Source: Malacoraja senta (taxonomy: Eukaryota). Taken from it: a DNA stretch of 64,000 nucleotides. The translations under genes and the position numbers were made by a program. The notes below the pieces were generated by a model. It was given only the letters and a program-made list of their open reading frames with translations, was not told the DNA's origin and did not search any database. This document shows, in pieces, positions 24,289 to 35,100 of this stretch. Numbering within the stretch: the first letter of the stretch is position 1; each line of letters starts with the position of its first letter. Where the stretch lies: contig JAXLNO010000502.1 in the NCBI GenBank assembly GCA_038087875.1, positions 1 through 64,000 of the forward strand, given 5' to 3'.

Positions 24289-24612
24289 GTTGATGACGCG
24301 TACGCGTTGCTGCCAGTTGATGACGCGAGCGCGTTGCTGCCTGTTGATGACGCGATGCGTTGCTGCCTGTTGATGACGCGGTGCGTTGCTGCCAGTTCAT
24401 GACGCGTCGCTGCCAGTTGATGACGCGAGCGCGTCGGCTGCCCGTTGATGACAGTTGATGACGCGGGCGCGTCGGCTGCCCGATGTTGACAGTTGATGAC
24501 GCGGACGCGTCGGCCGCCGGTTGATGACGCGGGCGCGTCGATGACCGTTGCTGCGCGGCGCCGCCGGCCAATGGGGAGCCGCCTTGCTGCGGGGTGCAGC
24601 GGCCGGGCAGCG
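24289..24612 (+). promoter_or_regulatory. CpG-rich promoter/5' region of the DAXX-like gene with tandem gttgaTGACGcg units and a CCAAT box
   Basis: About 10 copies of gttgatgacgcg (CRE/ATF half-site TGACG); ggccaatggg at 24566-24575, about 40 nt before the ATG. Confidence 0.65.
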
Positions 24613-24977
24613 ATGGCGGCTGCGCGCTTCCACGAGAGGCGGCTCGGACCGGGCGACGACGTCGTCAACCTGCTGTCGGACTCGGACGAGGAGCAGGAGC
24701 AGGAGGAGCAGCGGCGGCGGCGGCCGGACACGGACACGGACCCGGCCTCCAACCGCCCCCAACCCGGGCCCGGGCCGGGGCCGCGCCGCGTCCAACTGCG
24801 GCCCGCGCCCACGCCCATCGCCGCCTCCACCGCCTCCTCCTCCTCGTCCTCCTCCTGCTGCTTCCTCCCCGACTCGGACCCGGCCCCGGACTCGGCCCCG
24901 GACCCGGACTCGGCGAGGAGCCGCCGGAGCTCGACCGCGGCCTCGTCTTCTTCGAGAACCAGAAGCTCTTCTGTGAG
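24613..24977 (+). CDS. DAXX: DAXX-like first coding exon (apparent 1-nt frameshift; gene truncated by gap)
   Basis: N-terminal SUMO-interacting-like motif VVNLLSDSDEE (human DAXX IIVLDDDDEDE), Pro/Ser linker, then FFENQKLFCE (human KLENEKLFEE) followed by donor GAG|GTAAC. ATG-to-donor is 365 nt, so one base is missing near 24910-24916. Confidence 0.72.
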
Positions 24978-24982
24978 GTAAC

Positions 24983-25182
24983 NNNNNNNNNNNNNNNNNN
25001 NNNNNNNNNNNNNNNNNNNNNNNNNNNNNNNNNNNNNNNNNNNNNNNNNNNNNNNNNNNNNNNNNNNNNNNNNNNNNNNNNNNNNNNNNNNNNNNNNNNN
25101 NNNNNNNNNNNNNNNNNNNNNNNNNNNNNNNNNNNNNNNNNNNNNNNNNNNNNNNNNNNNNNNNNNNNNNNNNNNNNNNNNN
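24983..25182. other. Assembly gap (200 N)
   Basis: Run of N; the round length suggests a scaffolding placeholder of unknown true size. Confidence 0.99.
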
Positions 25183-25624
25183 CTGATGTCTCTAACAGTT
25201 TTATTCTTGTTTCTCAGTCTCATAATGGCTTCTTTGACTTTCATTGACATAACTTTGGTCCCCATGTTGATAAGCAGCAATAAAAGTTTCCAAATGTGAT
25301 GGAAAGACTGGAGGAAAGACTAGGTGCTGAGAGCTCTCTTATACCTGCATTAAGGAGGCAATTAAACACACCTGAGCAATTACAAACACCTGTGAATCCA
25401 TGTGTCCAAAACATTATGGTGCCCTGAAATGGCAGAACTATGTATAAACACAGCTGTAATTTCTACACGGTGAAACCAAAATGTATAAAAATACCCTTTA
25501 ATAAAATCTGACAATGTGCACTTTGACCACGTGATTTTTTTTCTATTACAAATCTCAAATTGTGGAGTGCAGAGGCAAATAAATAAATGATGGGTCTTTG
25601 TCCCAAACATAATGGAGGGCACTG
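25183..25624 (-). mobile_element. Tc1/mariner DNA transposon, 5' end
   Basis: Minus-strand MGTKVMSMKVKEAIMRLRNKNKTVRDI (transposase N-terminal HTH start); terminus CAGTGCCCTCC... at 25624; internal repeat of ccaaa(a)cat(t/a)atgg. Confidence 0.75.
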
Positions 25625-26757
25625 TTCTTGAACAAGGGGTAAGGTGATTGTGTGGGCAGGTTGGATTAACACAGCCAACATCTACACAGGTTATCAGTAG
25701 GGACACAGCAGAGTCCCTGCTCAGCCCTGGTGTTCCACTGTGATTGCACTTCTACCTGATGAATGAGACTGTCTAGGCCAAGGGAAAGGGAACGAGATCA
25801 CCATCCGTATGCAGGGGTGCCTCCTCTGCTCCAATCCTTGACAGAAAGGCTGCTATCCATTCCTGTCCATGAATGGTGCTGGCTGGCGAGACTTGGATGC
25901 ATCCCCCCACATCTGAGTGACAGTGATAGACAGGAAGATGGCAGTTGTCCAAAGCTCAGGGTGTCGCCAGCCGATGGCAATCACCAGCACCCGGAGGTGA
26001 GGTCTCAGCCTCAGCCGCTGATGTGCATCTTCCGTTGTCTGTTAACCAGCTCACTTGAAACTCTTGTCCCTTTCTCCACTGTTGCGGAGTGGTGGTCACC
26101 GTACTGACCAAATGTGGATCCCAGTTAACTAACACTTGGATTTTATAACATTTACCCTCCTCCAGCCTACCCCTGCACTCACCCTTTTGCTGTCCCCTTG
26201 CTCAACACCAATTTAAATGCCTCATCCATGATTCTAAACTCCAGAATTCAACCCCTGAACCTCTGCCTCTCCCCACTCCTGAAAGCCTGTCGCTTTAACC
26301 ACATCAGGGTCACCATTTATTTTGTATTAGGAGTCTGAAGCACTTGGAATAGTTCTATATTCCAGAGGTGCTATATAAATGCAGTTACTGCTGCTGGAGT
26401 AATTTTAAAATGGACGTACTGATTGATGTAAATCCTAAAATTCACAATGATCCAGTCAAACAGAGATTGTGCATCTTGCAAATTAAATGGAAGAAATGAT
26501 AATGTAACTCAGACATGGTGCTGAACAGGAGCAGATTGCTGTATTCAGATTATGAGCAGGTGAGTTGTGACTTTGCCAATTCTCGGCTCCTCAGTGGTGC
26601 AGCGAGCGGGTCAGTGCTGCGTCTAGGTGGTGATTCTGCCGCTTCCCTCACTCCGCACGTAGAGACCAGGACCATAGTTGTACCTTGGAGAAGCATTCAG
26701 GAAGCCACGTGCGTGACGTTGTGACATCTTCAGCCATTGCAGGCGGCTGGAAGCTGA

Positions 26758-26832
26758 TCAGGCCAGTGTTGGTTCAGATTCTTCTCTCTCCGGTTCACCC
26801 TCACTTTCTTCCTCTTCCTCCTGGGCTGCAGA
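26758..26832 (-). CDS. Ig + 5-TM receptor-like gene, last coding exon: SAAQEEEEESEGEPEREESEPTLA*
   Basis: Acceptor ...cccgccctgcAG|TCT, phase 0 matches the previous exon; TGA at 26760-26758; candidate AATAAA at 26321-26316. Confidence 0.7.
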   Translation of the reverse strand, partial: SAAQEEEEESEGEPEREESEPTLA

Positions 26833-27048
26833 CTGCAGGGCGGGTGCAAGATTTAGAATGGGAAAACAAAGATGTAAACATTATGCCTGCTCTTTCATCT
26901 GAGCTCTCAGTAACTATCCCTGCACCCCCTATCACGTTCAATGGAATTACTTCCCCAAAAACACCAATAATTCAAAAATAGAAGATTCCCAAACTGGGCA
27001 AGTGGCAGATAGATACTTATTAATAAAAGTTTGAAAAGTTGTATTTAC

Positions 27049-27086
27049 CTGCAGCTGATAGTCTCTAATTATGTTGATTATTTTCT
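27049..27086 (-). CDS. Ig + 5-TM receptor-like gene, short cytoplasmic exon: (K)KIINIIRDYQLQ
   Basis: Acceptor ttttctttacttttgtAG|, donor CAG|GTAAAT; 38 nt; open only when entered in phase 1, as required. Confidence 0.72.
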
Positions 27087-28436
27087 CTACAAAAGTAAAG
27101 AAAAGCCATTCAGGACAGCAAATAGCTTCAAGAAATGTACTTTTTATTCTATCGTGAGTTTTTGTGTCACTTAACTGTCCTCTTGCCAAAGTGATTTCAA
27201 TATTGTTTCAAACATATGGCAAACTTACTGGGATTGGGAAATGGACACGGATTTATTTGTTCTTATTGCTCCCTTCCCCAGGAAATAGGCTCGCACTTTA
27301 CCTTTAATGCTTTTGAAAATAAAAATAGTAATCTTGTCACCAGGTGGCATCCCAGGAAGTTCCATGCTCATAGTTTGTTTTAGTGATGTGAATCCCCACA
27401 TGATGGCTCTGCTCTATTTCAAGATGACTATGAAACTGGCCCAAGAGTTGTTCCACACCACTCTTGGTCCAACTTGAAGTCAACCTTATTATTGTACTGG
27501 TGAGTAAGATGCAAGAAGAACAGTGTGGCTTCAGGTCTTGCGATAGTACTGAGGGAGATTTGCATGGGTGTCAAATGGAGAACTCGCCATTAAGCTGCCA
27601 TGCACAAATGGAGAACTAGACATTAAGTTACCATGCACAAATGGACAGCAGTTACTCAGCCATTCCAACAGGATGATAAAACCTCAAGTTCCAACACAAG
27701 GAAGTGCAAGGGGCAAGCATTCAACCTTGGCTTTGGTTATCTGTTACTGGTCCTTCATCATTGCTCTGTGTAACTCCTGGGACTGCCATAAAAGGTGATG
27801 CTGAGCACTACCTCAAGGTCTGGTGGAGAGAGGCGACATGCACAAAATTAATGAACTGTATACCAATGTGGGTGTACATGTGGAGCAGGTACATTAGTGG
27901 AATTCAAGAGTCTTTTGCATGGACACATGGATACACAGGGATATGGAGCAAGTGCAAGCAGATAAGAGGTAGTCTTGGCATCATGTTCGGCACAGACATT
28001 GTGAGCTAAAGGGCCAGTTCTTGTGTTGTACTGTTCTATGCTCTGTTACACAACAAGGATTGACATGCTCCGTCATGCCTGAAGTTCCAGGTTGGATTCT
28101 TTAAACTCACAGCTGATGATTTTCATAGGATTAAATTCTGACCACAGATTTACCAGGAGTGACTGAGATTATGACATTTTAGGAAAAGCCAGAAGATATA
28201 CAAGGATCAAAACAGGCTGAGCTGTGAAATGTACAAACATGGTGGGTGGCTGGCTGGTGCATGGAATGTCATCATCAGCTAAATGTTATGGTACTCACTG
28301 AAATTGATAGTCCAACATTGCCAACAAACCCATGACCAGAAACATTTCAGCTGCAGTAAGGATGATACTGACTACCCATTTCATGATCAGAATAATTGGG
28401 CAAACAGTAGGGAAGTTAGCACACATTTAGCAAACA

Positions 28437-29578
28437 TAGACCTTAGGACCCGTTGGGTCCCTGTCACACAGGATCGCTGGTTCCCGAACGCAATATTCCA
28501 CCATTCACCCATAGCCCCCAACTGTGCAGGGTGACGCCAGAGATCCCCGTTGTTACGCGAGTCATGGCAACCCTTCCCAAGTGCACCTCGCCATCCCTCT
28601 TCCTACCCCTACCCCTATCCTCCATTACCCCTCATCCCCAGCACTTCCACCCCCTCCTCTTCACCCTTATTCTTTCCCCTCTTCTCCTCCCCTACCCTAC
28701 TCCCTCCGTCACATCTCCCTCCCTCTCATTTCCCCTACCTTCAGTCATTCCCTCCCTCCCTCCATAACCCCTCTCACCTCCCTAGCCCCCTTGACATCAA
28801 AGATCCTATAGCAGAGCAAGATAGACCACTCCTGCTAAATGCAATTGGCTGACGTGTAGTACGCAACGGAACATGAGCCTTTTTTTCATCCATTTCCGTA
28901 ACCCGACCCGACTCGCAATGTAATCAACGTTGCGGGGGAACAGTTTGTGTTAATAAATTAAAATTCTGAAAATGAGGAGAAGATTTTTACCAAATAACTT
29001 TTATTTTTACGAGGATGTTTCCGTCTCTGCACTATTATCCTATGGGATCTTTGCTGCGGAGACGGAAGCCGGTTACGGAAATGGGGCCTTAAATTACCCA
29101 TGAATCTGCCCATGACCGTACTACGTCTTTTTCGTCGAGTGGACCATCTTGCTCGCTATAGGATCTTTGCTTGACATTGTGAGGTGGAAGCTGCTGTATT
29201 TTTTAAAAGTTTTTTTTAATGTAAGTGAGATGTCATTGTAGGGTGGAACACTGCTGACGGGCAGTTTATGTAAATGAGATCCCATTGTGACATCATACGC
29301 TGCTAGCTGCCAGTGCAGATGGAAGAGATTTTTTGTCAAAGTTGTTTTTTGTAAAGTTTAAAATGTGAATAACTTGTAAAATATACCATCAATCTGAACA
29401 AAACTTGATACAACACACCACATGACAATGGTGAGTAAGGTGGGCCAAAAATTGTAGCTCTATCGTGTACCGTTTTGGCGTAATTTCAGGATCACACCCC
29501 GCACAGACAGACATAAACAAAAAGATGAGAGTTTTATAATATACTAGACCAAGTGGGACCCGTTGGGCCCCGTCCCCC
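28437..29578 (+). mobile_element. Non-autonomous Helitron/Helentron-like element (tentative class)
   Basis: Starts (ac)tagacc..ggacccgttgggtccc (short hairpin), ends acagacagac...ttttataatat and restarts in tandem at 29543; related copy starts at 52359. Confidence 0.5.
28798..29169. mobile_element. hAT-type MITE
   Basis: ~33-bp terminal inverted repeats (CAAAGATCCTATAGC...CCACTC; 28798-28831 and 29137-29169) and 8-bp TSD CTTGACAT (28790-28797, 29170-29177). Confidence 0.9.
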
Positions 29579-30024
29579 AAACATAATTAAATACTCAAAT
29601 AAAGGAAAGAAGGAACACATTCTTCAACACTGATAAAGGGAACATCAGGGAAAATGCATTGAGAGTAAACATATTTTTAGTATTAGTACCTCCTCATACC
29701 CCAAAGTTCAATCCCAATCTCATTCCCTTGTCCAGCTGAGATGTTCGATCTCCATTAGATGATAATAGGAATGCTCCAACTGACCTCAGTGCCATGGAGA
29801 TGGGTGGCTCTCTCACTGACACAGGCTTGTCAATAAGTCTCCTACTTGCTCTTTGATAGAAGACTCATTACTGGGGAGCATTTTAAACAGGGTGGAAGAA
29901 ACACTTTCAAATTTGTGTTTCTTACCTTATCTTCAGCATTAATTTACTAATTTCCCTTTAACGCACATCTAAAATTGTTCACATTTAACCATCTATAAAT
30001 TGCGCAGATATTTACAATACTTAC

Positions 30025-30117
30025 TGTAAATGAAGACCAATGTACATAATGCAAAGGGCGAACCAAGTGCAACAAGTAATCGATGTAGCAAAGGTATTTC
30101 AGACGCACATCCTTCCT
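30025..30117 (-). CDS. Ig + 5-TM receptor-like gene, TM5 exon: (E)EGCASEIPLLHRLLVALGSPFALCTLVFIY
   Basis: Acceptor ttctgttctttttAG|, donor ACA|GTAAGT; 93 nt, phase 1/1; hydrophobic segment. Confidence 0.82.
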
Positions 30118-30934
30118 CTAAAAAGAACAGAAACAAGTATGTTTCAATTTGGAAGATGCAAAAATTGAGCTCAAAATAGCACTTATAAAGCCACGTGTTC
30201 TCTCAGGGAAAGACCGTTTCTCTTGAAGTTACAGATTAGATATGTTTATGCGATTACAAACATGTGCTAAAGATATTGGGGGAAAAAACACTTGGAAAGG
30301 CTTGGATTAATAAAACTAATTGGATCGGCTTTGTTAGAGGTAGATGTGGAGTGACCAAAATAAAAATAGGAAATGTGGAAACAAGAAACTGCAGGTGCTG
30401 GAATCTGTAGCAAAAACTGCTGAAGGAACGCAGACAGGGGGCAGTGTCTCTGGAGACAAAGGAATGGTCAATGTTTTGGATCAAGACCCTCCATAAGAGT
30501 GTGATGTGGGGTGTTGACCAGAATAGTCACACAGAGATTTGGCCAGGGGTTAGAGCCCACAGCGTTGGGATGAGACAGGATTGATACTGGGGCAGAGGTG
30601 GAGTCATGTGTCAATCGTTCATCCACAGTTCAAGTCCTTGTGCAGTTCAAGTCAAGTAAAGTGATTCCAGTGTAGAGGGTACAGAGGAGACACCTGGATG
30701 GTGGGATGGGGCTGAGGAAAGACCTAGAGCGTGGCAACAGACCCACCTTCGTTCTTCCCCCGCACAATTAAAGCATGGAATAATCTCCACCCTACTTTAG
30801 TTACCCAACCAGATGCAACTAAATTTAAGGTAGCTCTTTCTTCCCAAAAACCCTTTCTGGCTTAAGTCCTCCCTCCACCACCTCCAGTTTAAATTCCATT
30901 TGGAATATTTTGGAGGACCAAGAAACCAAGAACC

Positions 30935-31185
30935 AGCCTACACTGACCAACATGCCCCATCGACACTAGTCCCACCTGCCCACACTGACCAACATGCCCC
31001 ATCTACACTAGTCCCACCTGACCAACATGCCCCATGTACACTAGTCCCACCTGTCCACACCGACCAACATGCCCCATCTACACTCGTCCCACCTGCCTAC
31101 ACCAACCAACATGCCCCATCTACACTAGTCCCACCTGCCCATACCGACCAACATGCCCCATCTATACTTGTCCCACCTGCCTGCA
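30935..31185. repeat. Tandem repeat, ~40 bp (ccaacatgccccatctacactagtcccacctg), at the end of a CR1-type 3' fragment
   Basis: About 6 tandem copies visible. Confidence 0.85.
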
Positions 31186-32197
31186 TTTGGCCCATATCCC
31201 TCCAAACCTGTCCTATCCATGCACCTGTCTATTTCTTAAACGTTGCGATAGTCACTGCCTCAACTACCTCCTCCGGCAGCTCATTCCATACACCCACCAA
31301 CCTATGTGTGAGAAAGTTACCCCTTCAGTTCCTATTAAATCTTCGCTCCTCACCTTGAACCTATGTCCTCTGGTTCTCCATTCCCCTAGTCTGGGCACGA
31401 GATTCTGCATCTTCCTGATCTACAAAATGATACTGGATCACCTCCTGTCACCCACTTCCTTTCCCATCTTCCATCATACAAGACACTAAAGTTAAAATGA
31501 ACTGTGTAATTTAGGGGCTGGATCTGTCTGACAGTTCTGCAGATACAGTTAGCTATGATGGGGCATGAAATGTTTTTGTGGAAATTGTCACAGGTGAACC
31601 ATCTGGACCAAGTGACTGGGTTAAAGGAAGTTTTCGGCGTTCATTAGTGAAAGCTCCCAAGCATACTCATAGATACATAGAAAATAGGTGCAGGAGTAGG
31701 CCAATGAACTGGCCTCAACTACCCTCTGTGGCAGAGAGTTCCAGAGATTCACCACTCGGTGTGAAAACGTTTTTTCTCATCTCGGTCTAAAAGGAATTCC
31801 CCCTTATCCTTAAGCTGTGACCCCTTGTCCTGGACTTCCCCAACATCGGGAACAATCTTCCTGCATCTAGCCTGTCCAACCCCATAAGAATTTATTAAGT
31901 CTGAAGAAGGGTTTCGGCCCAAAACGTTACCTATTTCCTTCGCTCCATAGATGCTGCTGCACCCGCTGAGTTTCTCCAGCATTTTTGTGTACCATAAGAA
32001 TTTTGTACGTTTCTATAAGATCCCCTCTCAATCTCCTAAATTCTAGCGAGTATAAGCCAAGTCTATCCAGTCTTTCTTCATTTGAAAGTCCTGACATCCC
32101 AGGAATCAGTCTGGTGAACCTTCTCTGCACTCCCTCTATGGCTATAATGTCCTTCCACAGATTTGGAGACCAAAACTACGCAATACTCCAGGTGTGG

Positions 32198-35100
32198 TCT
32201 CGTCAAGGTATGCCTACTTTGAAGAAGTTCTCCTCCTCTCTCCGGAGACTGTTCCACACCCAACTCTCTAAAAAGTCTGAAGAAGGGTTTCGGCCCGAAA
32301 CGTTACCTATTTCCTTCGCTCCATAGATGCTGCTGCACCCGCTGAGTTTCTCCAGCATTTTTGTGTACCTGCCTACTTTCAATAACTGGTGTACCATGAC
32401 ACCCAGGTCTCGCTGCATCTCCCCTTTTCCTAATCGGCCACCATTTAGATAATAGTCTGCTTTCCTGTTTTTGCCACCAAAGTGGATAACCTCACATTTA
32501 TCCACATTATACTGCATCTGCCAAACATTTGCCCACTCACCCAGCCTATCCAAGTCACCTTGCAGTCTCCTAGCATCCTCCTCACAGCTAACACTGCCCC
32601 CCAGCTTAGTGTCATCCGCAAACTTGGAGATGTTGCCTACAATTCCCTCATCCAGTTCATTAATATAAATTGTAAATAGCTGGGGTCCCAGCACTGAGCC
32701 TTGCGGTACCCCACTAGTCACTGCCTGCCATTGTGAAAAGGACCCGTTTACTCCTACTCTTTGCTTCTTGTTTGCCAGCCAGTTCTCTATCCACATCAAT
32801 ACTGAACCCCCAATACCGTGTGCTTTAAGTTTGTATACTAATCTCTTATGTGGGAGCTTGTCGAAAGCCTTCTGAAAGTCCAGATACAACACATCCACTG
32901 GTTCTCCCCTATCCACTCTACTAGTTACATCCTCGAAAAATTCTATAAGATTCGTCAGACATGATTTACCTTTCGTAAATCCATGCTGACTTTGTCCAAT
33001 GATTTCACCACTTTCCAAATGTGCTGCTATCCCATCTTTAATAAGTGACTCTAGCAGTTTCCCCACTACTGATGTTAGACTAACTGGTCTGTAATTCCCC
33101 GTTTTCTCTCTCCCTCCCTTCTTAAAAAGTGGGGTTACGTTTGCTACCCTCCAATCCTCAGGAACTACTCCAGAATCTAAAGAGTTTTGAAAAATTATCA
33201 CTAATGCATCCACTATTTCTGGAGCTACTTCCTTAAGTACTCTGGGATGCAGCCTATCTGGCCCTGGTGATTTATCGGCCTTTAATCCATTCAATTTTTC
33301 CCAACACCACTTCCCGACTAACCTGGATTTCACTCAGTTCCTCCATCTCCTTTGACCCGCGGTCCCCTGCTATTTCCGGCAGTTTATTTATGTCTTCCTT
33401 AGTGAAGGCGGAACCAAAGTAGTTATTCAATTGATCCGCCATATCCTTGTTCCCCATGATCAATTCACCTGTTTCTGACTGCAAGGGACCTACATTTGTT
33501 TTAACTAATCTCTTTCTCTTCACATATCTATAAAAACTTTTGCAGTCAGTTTTTATGTTCCCTGCCAGTTTTCTTTCATAATCTATTTTCACTTTCCTAA
33601 TTAAGCCCTTTGTCCTCCTCTGCTGGTCTCTGAATTTCTCCGAGTCCTCTGGTATGCTGCTTTTTCTGGCTAATTTGTACGCATCATCTTTTGCTTTGAT
33701 ACTATCCCTGATTTCCCTTGTTATCCACGGATGCACTACCTTCCCTGATTTATTCTTTTGCCAAACTGGGATGAACAATTTTTGTAGTTCATCCATGCAG
33801 TCTTTAAATGCCTTCCATTGCATATCCACCGTCAACCCTTTTAGAACTAATTGCCAGTCAATCTTGGCCAATTCACGTCTCATACCCTCAAAGTTACCTT
33901 TCTTTAAGTTCAGAACCGTTGTTTCTGAATTAACAATGTCACTCTCCATCCTAATGAAGAACTCAAACCATATTATGGTCACTCTTGCCCAAGGGGGCAC
34001 GCACAACAAGACTGCTAACTAACCCTTCCTCATTACTCAATACCCAGTCTAGAATAGCCTGCTCTCTCGTTGGTTCCTCTACATGTTGGTTTAGATAACT
34101 ATCCCGCATACATTCCAAGAAATCCTCTTCCTCAGCACCCCTGCCAATTTGATTCACCCAATCTATATGTAGATTGAAGTCACCCATTATAACTGTTTTG
34201 CCTTTGTTGCACGCATTTCTAATTTCCTGTTTGATGCCATCCCCAACTTCACTAAACTAGAATGGTTGGGGGGAGGGACTCAAATAGAGAAAGCTATTAG
34301 ACAGTGTGTGAGGCAGGAGGCAGAGAAGGAAAGCACTCAGACCCAACATGTAGGGGGGAAAGAAGAAAACAATAATAAACAGAGAATAAGAGGTGGTGGG
34401 GTTCTTAAATGGGTGAGCAGAGAAACAGAGGGGTGTAAAATGCGGGCGGAAGCAATAGGTAGCAAGGTGAAAAGTAAAAGTGGCAGGCAGACAAATCCAG
34501 GGCAAAAATCAAAAAGGGCCACTTTTCAACATAATTGTATAAGGGGTAAGAGCGTTGTAAAAACAAGCCTGAAGGCTTTGTGTCTCAATGCAAGGAGCAT
34601 TCGTAATAAGGTGGATGAGTTGAACGTGCAGATAGCTATTAATGATTATGATATAGTTGGGATCACGGAGACATGGCTCCAGGGTGACCAAGGCTGGGAG
34701 CTGAACATCCAGGGATATTCAATATTCAGGATGGATAGAGAGAAAGGAAAAGGAGGTACATAGATACATAGAAAATAGGTGCAGGAGTAGGCCATTCGGC
34801 CCTTCGAGCCTGCACCGCCATTCAATATGATCATGGCTGATCATCCAACTCAGTATCCCGTACCTGCCTTCTCTCCATACCCCCTGATCCCTTTAGCCAC
34901 AAGGGCCACATCTAACTCCCTCTTAAATATAGCCAATGAACTGGCGTCAACTACCCTCTGTGGCAGAGAGTTCCAGAGATTCACCACTCTCTGTGTGAAA
35001 AAGTTTTACCTCATCTCGGTCTTAAAGGATTTCCCCCTTATCCTTAAGCTGTGACCCCTTGTCCTGGACTTCCCCAACATCGGGAACAATCTTCCTGCAT

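Noticed and set aside
21754..24293. Pro-rich/Gly-rich 'extensin-like' ORFs
   Set aside because: Translations of a G/A-rich tandem array open in many frames on both strands.
29926..29968. Possible small exon after TM5 (AG...AAG|GTAAGA)
   Set aside because: Would need a 56-nt intron and gives an immediate stop in the required phase.
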